Part shown: piece by piece, positions 32,200-46,257 of the stretch | Numbering within the stretch: the first letter of the stretch is position 1 | How the letters are laid out: each line of letters starts with the position of its first letter | Origin: the human T2T-CHM13v2.0 reference genome, Homo sapiens | Length of the DNA: 64,000 bases | NCBI RefSeq assembly: GCF_009914755.1 | Contig: NC_060947.1 | Reading direction: 5' to 3' (one strand) | Notes under the pieces: generated by a model | The model's database searches: none | Seen by the model: the letters and a program-made list of their open reading frames with translations, nothing else | Told to the model about the DNA's origin: nothing | Made by a program: the position numbers and the translations under genes

Positions 32200-33140
32200 A
32201 TTACCTTCGCATTCGAGCTACCTGAAGTTTTTGTTTTTTTCCTTACAGGGAACCACCGCAAGCACAGATTTGAAATAAAATTGAGGGCAGTAGTATCAGG
32301 AAAAAAATCGTTGGGAATGTGTTGGAGAGAGTAAGGGTCCAGCAGGCAGCTGCGTTCTGGCTGGACTTGCAGTCCTACCTCCGTGGCCCCAAACTCGGGG
32401 GTGATTTAGAGCAACGCCTTTGGGCCTTACTGTTTTAGACTATGGGGGTGCACTCCATCGGTGGTTTTCCCCCATTATTTTAACCACAGTCTCCTTTCTT
32501 TCAGAGAAGTGCTCCGTGTGAATCTCGAGCTGGGTGGGGAGGAGAAAAAAGAAAACCAAAGCCAATCTGGTCTCCTTGCATCTCGAAAAAGGTCACACGA
32601 TCCGTCGCTTTGCCGCCGCTCTCCGGAGTCCCGGGCCACGACCTCGCATTCAGAAGTCACGTTCAGCATCTAAAGGTAGCGGTCCTCGAGTCCACTCCCC
32701 GCTGGAGTGAAGAGAACAACGGGGAGGACGCCTTCCCAGAGCAGCTGCCGCCGGTCCCTGTCCCCGGCTCGCTTCAAGCTCTGCAGCTGCTGGGGCATTT
32801 CTGATGAGGGCCCTGGGAGGTACACTCTGAAACATTCCGCCCCTTGCTAGTATTTACTCACTGTCTTCCAACCTTTTTGCTGTGGAATGCGTGCTCCATG
32901 CTCCCTGTCCCCATCTTGGGAGGAGGCAGGAACCGAGATGAAGGAGGAGCGCAGAAGCAAACACTTTATGTGCCCAACTGGAACTGTTCGCTTTGGTCAA
33001 CCAACACTGATTGCTCATTCCTCTGTGTTCCCTCTTAAACAGCTTCTGAAAATTGCTCGAGAGGGGCGGAGTCAGGAAGCCAAGAGCGTGGGAGGCAAAT
33101 CTCAGCCCCCTCGCTGTCTGTGAGGCTAGAAGCCTCGGTT
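32200..33140. promoter_or_regulatory. Orphan CpG-rich element (possible promoter or enhancer)
   Basis: Dense CpGs at 32580-32775, GC boxes (CCGCCCC near 32837, GGGGCGGAG at 33063) and no repeat I recognise. Confidence 0.5.
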
Positions 33141-33644
33141 TTCCTTATCTGGAAAAGGGGGTTGCTGATAATAATAATTACTTCACACCATTACTGCGAT
33201 GATTAAATGCAGTAATATATATCTATCTTAGAATACTGTTTGGTACTGAGGAGTGTTAGCCCTTGTCATTAGTATGCATTCTGTCAACAAACTGTAATTG
33301 AGCACAAGCTCTGTGCTACCCTGAGGAGATAAGAGTGGTGAACAAGACTAATAACGTTCCTGCCCATATGAAATGTATATCCTAATGATGGTAAATGAAA
33401 AATAAGCTAGTAAACAATAAAAACATAATTATTTTAATTATCATAAGAAAATAAAACAAGAAAATATGTACAGAGTGAACATGTGGCAAGTGGCTAATGA
33501 AAAGCCAGTGGTCATGGAAAGTCCATCTGAGGAGGGGCCTGAATAACAAGAAAGACATGCACACAGATCTGCAGGTTCAGCATTCAGTGCAGAGTAAACA
33601 GCTGACGCAAAAACTCAAAGGTGAGTGCATGCTTGGTCTGTTCC

Positions 33645-34012
33645 AAGGTGAAAATCATGCACTTATTACATGACAATGACTTAAAGATGTATTTCTATCC
33701 CTGCACATGTAGGGACAATTTATATGGGCATCTTCATTCTCGCCAAGAGTTGGAGAACGGGAAAGATATGGGAACCTGTCCCAGCTGTTTTCTCATTATT
33801 AAAGTGATTGATGACAAAGATCAGTATATGCGCAGAGAAACAGATCCAGCACCTTTCACCAACAGATAATTCGTTAAATGCTGAAGGATTTTTAGCCAAA
33901 ATCCTGAACAACTGGAAATAAGCCAAGGCGGAAAAAAATCTAATGCCAAGTTACAGACCTTTTTCATGAGGACACCAGTTTTGTGGTTTACCATTCCATT
34001 AGAGTATGCATT
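33645..34012 (+). pseudogene. DPH3P2: DPH3 processed pseudogene (CSL zinc finger)
   Basis: YFYPCTCRDN...ELENGKDMGTCPSCFLIIKVIDDKDQ...ETDPAP matches DPH3 YFYPCPCGDN...[26 protein letters not shown]...ETVPAP. Intronless, no proper ATG, premature TAA at 33867 before F-V-K-C-stop (33884). Symbol assigned from recalled position next to VAMP7. Confidence 0.88.
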
Positions 34013-34014
34013 CT

Positions 34015-34579
34015 TTTTTAAAAACATTTATTTAATTTTTAAATTTTAGATTCAAGTGGTATGTGTGCAGGTTTGTTACAAGGGTATATTGCATAATGCT
34101 GACTTTGAGCTCCTAGTGAACCCATTGCCCAAATAGTGAACATAGTACCCAATAAGGTAGTTTTTCAGGGGAAAGAAACTGCTCTATTAAAAAGAAACCT
34201 TGCACTCATATGTTTATTGCAGCACTATTCACAATAGTAAAGTCATAGAATCAACCTAAGTGCCTATCAACGGTGGAGTGGATACAGAAAATGTGGAACA
34301 TATACACCATGGAATATTAGGCAGTCATAATAAAGAATGAAATCATGTCCTTGGCAGCAACATGGATGCAGCTGGAGGCCATTATTCTAAGTGAATTAAC
34401 ATAGAAATAGAAAACATAGGCCATTATTCTAAGTGAATTAGCAAAGAAAGTGAAATTAACATAGAAATAATTTCTATGTTAATAGGAATTAACATAGAAA
34501 TAGAAAATCAAATACTACATGTTCTCACTTATAAGTGAGAGCTAAACAGTGGGTATACATGGACATTAAGATTGAAATA
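34015..34579 (-). mobile_element. Short 5'-inverted L1PA/PB 3' end
   Basis: Minus-sense tail at 34015-34168 joined to plus-sense 3' UTR at 34170-34579. Flanked by AGAGTATGCATTCT and AGAGTATGGATTAT. Confidence 0.8.
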
Positions 34580-35922
34580 AGAGTATGGATTATTAATATC
34601 AATCAAAGAAGAGAACCAACAGATGGGAATACCCTCATTTTATGCTTAGAACTTTGAACTGGAATTGTTCTTAATTTTCCATCAAAATTTTAAGAGAAGA
34701 TAATTTAAAAAACTGTGCTGTCCTTCAGTTTCATCATTTTATGTCTTAAAACTAATCACTCAATATCTGATAGCAACAGTATCTATCTCAAAGTCATTAG
34801 TATACCTTGGTTATTAAGATAATTCAAATTAGCCCTTCCAGTGAAGTTGACATCATCTTTGCTATTTTTAGAAACTTTGAAACTTAAGAAAATGAGTTGC
34901 TTCTTCACTGCTACACTTCCACTTTCTGCACCAAGCCTTGGGCTTGCCCTTAGGCTTTCCTTTTTAGAATGTTCGTTTTCTGTGAAGCAGGCCTTTTCTG
35001 TTACTCTCCATGCAATGCGTTAGTTGTGGCTTTAAAGAGAAAAATTAGCTCCCAGTTTCTCCAGAGCTACAAGTTACTCGGTAAGAAAGAGAAGTCAAAA
35101 AGTGAAATAGTCTCAGAATTTGGAGTTTCTATATGAATATTCCATAGGTTTCTTAAATATTAGGAAAAGATAAAAAGACAAGCAGCCAGGGGAGGTGAAA
35201 TTGGTAACAGAATGAGAGGAGCAAAACATGCTAACTTAGTAAATAAAACACTTGAATAACTTTGCCACATCAGAGCAGGTATTTCTATATCTGCATGCTC
35301 ACGAGTTTTTAGAAAAGGCTAATGAAACTGCTCTCCAGATGGGAGTTGATGTCAAGTCTTATGGCAAGTGACAATGCTTTTGGCATTATCACAATATCAT
35401 GTCACTTCACCTAAAAGGTGAAGAATCTACAATAACTCTGTTTGCTGAAGATCTTGAAAGTAGGAAGTGAAATCTGAATAGAGATACCCATGGGGCACAT
35501 CTACTACACCTCTGTAATCTGCAACCAAACCAGAGGCATTCTCTGACAGAAAAATATTTCTTTGGACAAAAATAAATATATAAAGAGAGTTGGGTCATCA
35601 GCCTTCTTTTGCCAGAGTGCTGAGAAGAACAAGAAATTTAAATAATCTATATGAAGAATTTAAAATTTCCTTTATATACACAATTTAACTGTGTGCATAT
35701 AAAATTAACAAAAATGCACTGATATCTAGCAGGTTGTTTAGGGAATGGCTCCTATAATTAGAGAGAAAAACGGCTTGCCAGAACGTGAACACTCTATTAC
35801 CAATAGCTGCACATAGTCATTGAAGGTTTAAATCAAACACATCTGTGGCCTTTAAAAAAATTTTTTGCCTGCCAGCACCATGGCTACAAGCAGCTATTAA
35901 ACTGAGATATAATAAATAATCA

Positions 35923-36229
<307 letters not shown>

Positions 36230-36611
36230 AATTATTCACAACTGCTTTGCAAAAGTTCATGTTAGAACCACAGATGGCTCAGATGAACAAAGGAAGATAT
36301 GTGACGACTCTAACTGGAATAAGCTGCAACCAAAAATATGTCCCATACTCAAATGTCAATTATTTTATAGCTATTGATAATGTGTTAGTTCCCTCTACGG
36401 ATTGTGAATTTCAAAAGAGAACAGGTATCCTTGATGTAGGTCTGTTTTCAGCATAGTATAAGAGGAAGAAAAGTTGCCTAAGTCCAAACATCCAGGAGAA
36501 AAGAAGCATGAACAGCAATGGCAATCAGTGATACACTGCAATCATGTGATTTTGATTCAAAAGCAACAGAATCACTAGATTTGTTTGTAAACCACAAAAT
36601 AACACATCACG

Positions 36612-36925
36612 TGAAGCTGGAAGCCATTATCCTCACCAAACTAATGCAGGAACAGAAAATCAAACACTGCATGTTCTCACTTGTAAGTGGGAGCTAAACA
36701 ATGCGAACACATAGACACAGGGAAGAGAACAACACACACTGGGGCCTGTCGGGGTGGGGTTGGGGGAGGGAGAGCATCAGGAAAAATAGCTAATGCATGC
36801 TGGGCTTTAATACCTAGGTGATGGGTTGATAGGTGCAGCAAATTACCATGGCACACATTTACCTGTATAACAAACCTGCACATCCTACACATGTACCCCA
36901 GAACTTATAATAAAATAAAAATAAG
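36612..36925 (+). mobile_element. L1PA 3' end
   Basis: Runs GCTGGAAGCCATTATCCTCA to ATGTACCCCAGAACTTA plus an A-rich tail. Confidence 0.9.
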
Positions 36926-37440
36926 TAGGATAGAGGACAAACTGCTAAATCTAAGATGCATATTTGCAGCACTGCCTAGCATAGTAATAATTTAGAACAT
37001 CTGGCAGCCCTTTAAAAGTCAACAGACTGCTTTCATCTCTGTTATCTCATCTGATCGTGCTAGGGCTTGGTGGATAGAATTATCTCCATTTTACAGGGGA
37101 GAAAACTAAGGCTCCAAGATTTAGTAACTTACTTCAGTCCCATCAAGGGAGAACTGGATCAGATTCCTGATCCAATTGCCAGGAGGCAAACCCTGATCCA
37201 ATTGCCAGGATCCAATCTTGATCCAATTGCCAGGAGGCAAATATTTCTGCTGTCCCACTGGAATATAGGGCTTTCCTGGCCTGCCCTTCTAGGGTCTGCA
37301 TTTGCCAGCCCTAGGATGAACACTTATACAGGAGCTATTTCTAAATGTCTAGATAGCCATGTTTATCAGTGCCCCACCATTCACTATGGTAACCCTAGAT
37401 GCTGAAAATAACCATATTAAGGAAATTAGCCTGTGTACAT

Positions 37441-37664
37441 TCACTCTCGTCATCATCTTGGTTTTGGTGGGTTTTGGCTGGCTTCTTTACTGCAGTCTGT
37501 TTTATCAGCAAGATCTTTATGACCTGTATCTTGTGCTGACCTCCTATCTCATCCTGCGACTTAGAATGCCTTAACTGTCTGGGAATGCAGCCCAGTAGGT
37601 CTCAGCCTTATTTTACCCAGCTCCTATTCAAGACAAAGTTGTTCTGGTTCACATACCTCTGACA
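37441..37664 (-). mobile_element. MER41 LTR, 5' portion only
   Basis: Minus strand TGTCAGAGGTATGTGAACCAGAACAAC...CAAAACCAAGATGATGACGAGAGTGA. Abuts an MST/THE1 fragment at 37665-37733. Confidence 0.8.
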
Positions 37665-38190
37665 GGGAGGCCTCAGGAAACTTACAATCATGGTGGAAGG
37701 CAAACGGGAAGCAGGCACATCTTACATGGCCAGATAATTACACTACAAATTTTAGGGTATAAATAAGATTACTTTAGGAGAGAATATGGAGTAAGAGGGG
37801 GCTTTGCTAGAGTCCTGAAAGCTCTAAAGAGAGGCGATATTTAGAGTTCACACAGCTTAGTAACTCAGATCTCTCTGACTCTAAAACTCATTCTTTTTCT
37901 AGGATACTATGCTGCCTCTTAAAGAATAGATATTGAATACAATATAATTAAGTTGATATTAATACCAAATGCGAACCTTTGCAAAGGGGAGATAAAGCAA
38001 GGGGAATGATTAAGATCACCAGGAAGAGTGTGAAGAGTAAGAAGAGAAGATGGCATAGGGCAGAACCCTATGGAATGTGAACATTTCTAAAGAAAATGAA
38101 GAGCTGCCACAGAGGTGGGAGGAGAACCAGCAGGGTGTAGTTCTTGGAAAGAGCTAACAGAATAAAGGGGTTCAAAAAGGAGGGAATAAG

Positions 38191-38549
<359 letters not shown>

Positions 38550-38984
38550 CTATTTGTTTTAGCAACACTGTTGAGAATTCTGTCTGTAAAGGAGAGGTGA
38601 GAGAAAGACCACTAGCTTATCTGTGTTTGGTCTGTGTTTGATGAGGGGGCTTGGGGTATGGGGTTAAGAAAGGTGACTTTGGAATGTTTTAGATGAGAGA
38701 AATTTTGACAGCCTTTAAGTCCTGATAGTAAAGAGCGAGTTAGCAGAGAGCCGTTGAGGAGTCATGCAACGGAAGGGTTCATCAGAGGAGCTTGACTCTG
38801 AGTCGGCAACAGGGAATAGAGATGGAAGAGGGCTGGCTTAGATCAAAGGAGAGTAGTCGTTTATTATTATTATTATTGCAAAAAGAATAGGAGAAAGGAT
38901 TGGTGAGGGGTACAAGAAAATTAGAAAATTTCATGGCGAAAGTAGAGGCAGTTCCTGTCAGATGAATTCTATTTTGTCTGTGAG

Positions 38985-39640
38985 GAAACGGGCGACGCTG
39001 CCTACTGAGACTAAGCAGGAGAGACGGGGCAAGCTTGGCTCTTCATTTATGCCGCCTACTCATTGCTGGTAGATTCTTTATCTAGCCTGCATCCTCTCAT
39101 TTTCCTGGATCCCTATACGGCATTTGACGCTGTTTACCACAAGAGCTGTCGAACGAACGTGAAACACTCAGTGATACTCCAACCGGAACTACTACTCCCA
39201 GAATGCAGTACGGCTCCTGGGAAGTGCGGGGGGCTGGGAACGCAGCAGGCCTAGCCGTGTCGCCTGCTGCCATTGGAGGAGCGCTCCCACTCCCAAGAGG
39301 CCACGCGTAGACGGGGCGCTTCATGCGGAAGTCAGCGGCGTCCGGTCCCAGCCTCCTCTGGGAGCGGGCAGTTGGCGACCCTGCACTGACCCGCGTCCCT
39401 CCGTCCCGAGCCCGCGCGCCCTCAGAGGGTGCCCGGACAGGTAAATGGAGTGGGGTGCGCCCTGCGGGAGGCGGGGAGAGAACTGCGGAGGGAGGGCGGA
39501 GGTGTCGATGGAAAGGTGCTGGGGTGGAGCGAGGAGGCAGTGCAGGGGTGACTTGGGCTTCTCTGGTGTCGACAGTTCCAGTTGTCGGGCAGGACCAGTT
39601 TTGGCGAGGTGCGTCTTATGCCACTGGAAAGGCCTCGAGT
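38985..39640. promoter_or_regulatory. VAMP7: VAMP7 CpG-island promoter
   Basis: High CpG density. ZNF143/SBS-type ACTACTACTCCCAGAATGCA at 39188-39207, ETS CCGGAA at 39183 and CGGAAGT at 39326-39332, inverted CCAAT (ATTGG) at 39272. No TATA box. Confidence 0.85.
39330..39440 (+). other. VAMP7: VAMP7 exon 1 (5' UTR; start approximate)
   Basis: Lies in the CpG island and ends at donor CAG|GTAAAT. Confidence 0.8.
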
Positions 39641-41700
39641 TAAAGAGTGTCAGAATGCGTCACTTAAGCTGTCATTACAGGAGGGAAAAAATGTTAACTT
39701 TCTCTCAGTTTGTATTCTACAAGACCTTTCTGTAGCATTTAAATCTCTTGAGATCGCCAGAGTCTTCTAAAAACTCTCTACGTCCTTGTTCGATGACGTC
39801 ACTTTCTGCTTCACCTTCTACTTCTGGCTGTTTATGCTCCTTCGTGGGTTCCTAGCCCCTTATTCGCCCTTCCTCCACTGCTCAGTATTGACAGTCCCCT
39901 TCTTCCTCTGTTCAGGGACTGTATTTCTGCCTAGACCCGTTTCCTCAGCTTCAGACCTGTTTGGTGTTTTTATTAATGGCCAATGTTTATCAAATTCTGA
40001 CTGCGTACTTTGGTAAATGCTTTACATCTCCGTCTCCCATAACTCTCACAACCAACCAACTGTCTTCATTTGGCCTCATTAATTGCTTTCAACTACCTGT
40101 ATCTCCATTATCCCTCCCTTGATCCCAGAGGATACAGTCATGTTTAGGATATTAATTCCCTTTGAATACCTGTGGCTGAGAGCAGATCCATTCATACATT
40201 TAACAAATATTTATTGAACGGCTGGTATATGCTTGACACTCTTTTAAGTGCAGGGGATACAGCTGTAAACAAGACTTAGGAGGTTGCTACTCTCAGGAAC
40301 TTACATGTTTGTGTCTAGAGGGGAAAACAGGAATAATCAGGATTATGTTATATATTGGTTAATGCAAAATAAAACAGGTGGTTGACTTGAAAGGATGGGA
40401 TCCTATCCTAAGAAAGTCAGAGGTCAGGGCATCGTCCAGAAAGAATAGTTGTAATACCAACAGGAATAATCTTGATCTGTAACATGACTTTTCGTAAACA
40501 CCTCTTCTTTTCCCCTGTCTAAGCAGTGTTTATTCTTCATTCTTCTATCTCCTCCAAGGTTATTGCATCAGAATTCATGGTTTATCTGTAGTTGGTTTAT
40601 TCCTTCTAAGACCCAGAGAGAAGAGTGGGGGATTGGATTACTATTAGCTCAACTGCTTTATCTTACTTAGAAAGATAGTTTGGTTGTGAAAATATTATTC
40701 TTACCAGGTCCTTCTGAATATAAAGTTATCTACCATTTATAGTATATTTTAAAACCAAAATATGCTCAATGTTCACTCATTTATTCAACAGATATTTGAG
40801 GGAATATTAGATGGTAGGCACTGTGCTGAGCACTGGGAAAATAGGGTAAAATAGACACTTTGACCTCTCTTCCAAGGAGAAATAATCCTAACAGTATACT
40901 GAGGAAATTTCTAAGGCATAGGCTGACACCTGCATTCCTGTTCTTCATCCGAGGTGAGATCATCACAAAACATTAAGACATTTCCTGAGCAATTGCGGAC
41001 ATTCTTAGATTATTCACTTATTATACTTTATTGCATTTATTTATATCTGTCTTCCCCATTGTTCTATGGCTCCCTCAAGTATAGGAGTCCCTTCTTCCTT
41101 AACTTTATACCTCTAGTGTCTACTTTGACTGTCATATAGTAACCCACCAGTATATACGTGTTGAACTGAAATAGACTCCCTATTTGATCAAATTTAAATG
41201 ACATGATTTATACAAGGCCTTCTTTATGTAAGGCCATCAGCCGTATTCCTCAACCTTCTCATTCACCAAAGGTGGACCATTCCATCTTATCAGGCTAGCT
41301 TATGTACCTTCTTTACCTTGCTCTCAGTGCCTTCTCTTCTTCCATCCATCCCTCCTAAAAGGATCTCCCATCTCTTCCCAAGCACCTTGTGTACCTCCCT
41401 CCATTAATTTGGTGGGCCAGTTAATTTAATAATCTGCTCATGATACAGGGGTGGAAAAAAATTAATTTCCTTTTTATATTTCCTATGAAACATTCTGCCA
41501 ATGAACTCTTGCAAGAATTAATGTAATAGATCCTACTGCAATAATATAATGATACAGAATACTTTTTAAAGATTTTGCATTGACTATCACCATGTGCTAT
41601 GTAATGAGTTAATTCTACTACTTTATTTGAACAGTTGTATAACCTCTGTTCACACAGCATGTTTTGGTATCATTTGGTTTCTACTTGGTAGAAACACATC

Positions 41701-42004
<304 letters not shown>

Positions 42005-42120
42005 AAGAAACACATCTTTGAGTATTACTTTCTCAGCCTGAGGTAATTTAAGTGGTAATGTTATTCTGCCACATTGTCATTTTCAGGATGTCAGATAAAA
42101 GCCTCAAGTATTAAAATTAA

Positions 42121-42501
<381 letters not shown>

Positions 42502-43416
42502 TAAAAACAACAGCAGTACAAGAGTGCTTGAGTCATGACTGTCGTGAATTTAGGATGTGCCAACCTAAGATCAGCCAGATACTTCTAAGATGTAAACATT
42601 AAGCATTGTTATTTTAGGTGATTTATTGACACCTATTTCTTTATAGACAGGAATGCAAGTGCAGCACTGAATTGTGTGCCATTGCTCGTTTATAAGATAC
42701 ACATGTAGATGATCCAGAATATTCTTATACATTTTTCAGTGTTATCAAAATACAAATGCAGAATTAAAAGATTTCTCAAAACACATGGACTTGGCCTTTC
42801 CCCTTACTCAGTTACCTGAAACTGTCTTCAGCCTCTACTTGAAGATGCTTCTGCTGAGGAGGAGCATTTTCATCATTGCTGTTCTATGTTATTACCAAAT
42901 TTTTTAATACAGGCAATTTCTTACTTACAAATGGATATATTCTAAAAGTACTGTTGTAAGCTTATTGTTTGGAACGCTGGATGCATTTCCTTCTATAAAT
43001 AATGCTATCCATGACATTTACACTGTTATGCCAACCAGTATCATTTTATTAACTTTTAATTTAGTGGACTCGAAGACCTTCCCCACAATTTACAATAATT
43101 CCTCTATTAAAAAACTGCATTTATAATTCTCATTTGAATTCCCTTATAGCATATCTTTTTTTAGAAACCCAACAACTAGAACAAAAATATCCTTTCTTTA
43201 GTCCCTTAACATAGTAAAAACAGGCTTTTCTAACTCCAAACTGTTGTGGGTGACCCTTCTAGCCCTTAGCTCTAAGGACAGTCCTCCAATATGAGCAAGG
43301 AAAACGAAGGGACAGAGGTTTTAGAGAGGGAGGCAAGTTGGGTGATATGAGTATCTGGAAAGGGAAGGGTAGGATTTATTTGGGATGAACAGTGAGTTTC
43401 TAAAATGGAAGTTTGC

Positions 43417-43460
43417 ATTGCTTGTCAGCCTTTTGGCTAAGATCAGGTGTAGTATCAGTT
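43417..43460 (+). pseudogene. 3'-truncated U2 snRNA retrocopy (about nt 1-44)
   Basis: ATTGCTTGTCAGCCTTTTGGCTAAGATCAGGTGTAGTATCAGTT vs U2 ATCGCTTCTCGGCCTTTTGGCTAAGATCAAGTGTAGTATCTGTT (5 mismatches). Flanked by direct repeats. Confidence 0.9.
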
Positions 43461-43473
43461 TAAAATGGGGGTT

Positions 43474-43955
43474 TGTTGTGGGTTGAATTGTGTCCTCCAG
43501 AAAGCTGTGTTGAAGTCCTAACCCGTGGTACCTGTGAATGGGATCTTATTTAGAAATAGGATCTTTGCAGATGTAATTAAGATGTAATTGAAAATGGGGT
43601 CATACTGGAGTAGAGTGGGCCCTTTATCCAATATGACTGGCATCCATATAAAAGAAGAGAGACAGAGAGAATGCAGTGTGAAGACACAGATACAGAGAAC
43701 ACCATGTGACTACAGAGGTAAAGATTGAAGTGCTGCACCTCCAAGCCAAGGAACACCAAGGATTGCCACCAAACTATCAGAAGCTAGAAAGAGATAAGGA
43801 AAGATTCTCTTCTACAGGTTTCAGAGGGAGCATAACCCTGCCAACATCTTGATTTTGGACTTTTAACCCTCAGAACTGGTAGGCGATACATTTCTGTTGT
43901 TTTAAGCAACCAAGTTTTTGGTACTTTATTACTGCAGCTACAAGAAACTAATACA
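43474..43955 (+). mobile_element. MLT1B/C-type solo LTR
   Basis: Runs TGTTGTGGGTTGAATTGTGTCC to GAAACTAATACA. Confidence 0.88.
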
Positions 43956-45522
43956 GGATTCTTAGCAGGAATAAAGTAGAATTGGGATGGTGGCTGTGGG
44001 ACCAAGTGGGGAGTGAATAGGAGAACAAAGAGGAACAGTGTTGATATGGGGCTTTCCTTTATGTTGCATTATCTTTTTTTCTTCCCTTCTCTCTCTGGCT
44101 TATCTTTTCATTCTTTTTCTTCTTGGATCTTATCTTTATATAGCACTTTATGGTTTATTAGGCATTTACATACTGCTAATAATTAGCAGAGCCAGGTTTT
44201 CTAACTTCAAGTGCAGTGTTCATTGTGCCACAATTGTTTCTGTTATCCCAATACTCATCAAGACGTTATGGATTCTATTACAAGACACTTACAATGGGGG
44301 CAGGTAAGACTTCATAGGTGGGATTTTTAGCAGTATAGCAGAGAGGAAGGAATTCCTATTAGTGACATCTGGAAGGAAAGTAAAGTTTCTGTTGCTATGT
44401 ACCCACTGTTTAACAGTCATTTTTAAGTTGGGGACTGCTTTTATTGGAAGAAACACTACTTGCGTATAACTTATATTCATTGTTCCTAGTTACATTCTGA
44501 ATAATGTGCTCCCTGTTCCAGGTGACTGTACTTTATATAAACTCAAAAACTATTGTCATGTTCCCTCTAAGTCCTCTCTTTCTCATGTTACATATCTCTA
44601 GTTCCTCCAGCCAGTCTTCAGATGACACAATCTCCATGTCTCTCACCCATATTGTATTGCCTCCCTTTTGTCTAGTCGTTAAATATTCTACCCAGAATTG
44701 AATTCAGTATTTTACATATGTTCTAACCAGCACAGAGTGTAATGGGACTAGTACTTAAACAGGTCAAGACACCCTATTTCTTAATGTACTTTGAGATTAT
44801 GTAAGCATTTTTAAGCAATATCGCATACCGTTGGTTCATAATGAACTTACAGTCCACTGAAACACTAGATCTTTTTGTATTAATTGTTGCCAAGGTCAGT
44901 TTTCTTCTTGAACCTGCACAGGGACTGAGGCTGCTGCTACTTTTTCATCTCTCTGTTCCAGGGACCATATGATTTCTTATCTCTGTTTCTCTTTGTGTTT
45001 TTGTTCCTCTCTACTGTGTCTCTTTGACCCTAAGCAATGACCTCCTTCCTTGTTATAAAATTTCACTGATTGTTTTACAGTCTTCATTCTCTTTCTTTCC
45101 TTTCGGCTTCTGGGCCACCACACTTTTGGCTTTCCCATTTGGTCCTCCTCAGTCTTTGTGAGTCTCTATTTATCTACCTTTCCCTCAACTGTTGGTTGTG
45201 CTTTGGGTTTTATCTTTGGCACTATTTTTTTTTTCTGTATGCAATATATCTTCAGCAAATAAATCATGTTTAAAATGGCAGATCTAACTGAGCTCATCTG
45301 GGAATAAAAGGGCACAGAATCAGTCCCGGAGGAAAGTCGACATTTAGAGGTCAGGTAGAGGAGGAAGAGTCAGCAAGAAGACAAAAAGAGCAGCCAGAGA
45401 TGTAGGAGCATTTCAAGAAGGAGGGTCGGTCAGCAGTGTTGACTGTGCCTAAGAGGTCAAGTAAGGTAAGAATAGAGAAGCAACCACTGTATTTTGCAAT
45501 ATAGAGGCTGTTGGTGACCTTA

Positions 45523-45950
<428 letters not shown>

Positions 45951-46257
45951 AAGAAACAGAACAGTAGGATCCACAGTTAGGGAGGCTTTAGGATCAAGGG
46001 AGATAAAGTATAAGACAGCAATTTGGAAACTATAACTTACTGCATATGTGTAAGGAGAATTCTAGAAAGAAGATGGTTGAGATCACAACCCTGGGGAACA
46101 ACTTCAGTTAGAGAGTAGGAATGAAAAAGAGATCCCCAAAAGGCATTCAGCCCAAGAGACAGATGAGCACCTTCTGCTCTGTGTGCTGTCCTTCCATGCT
46201 GGGATTGCAATAAGGAATCTGCACATTCCTTGATCTCAAACAGTTTATAGTTTGCTG

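Noticed and set aside
39097-39770. ORFs over the CpG island
   Set aside because: GC-rich sequence is stop-poor. The true VAMP7 ATG is at 47461, and most of these ORFs cross the exon 1 donor or lie in intron 1.
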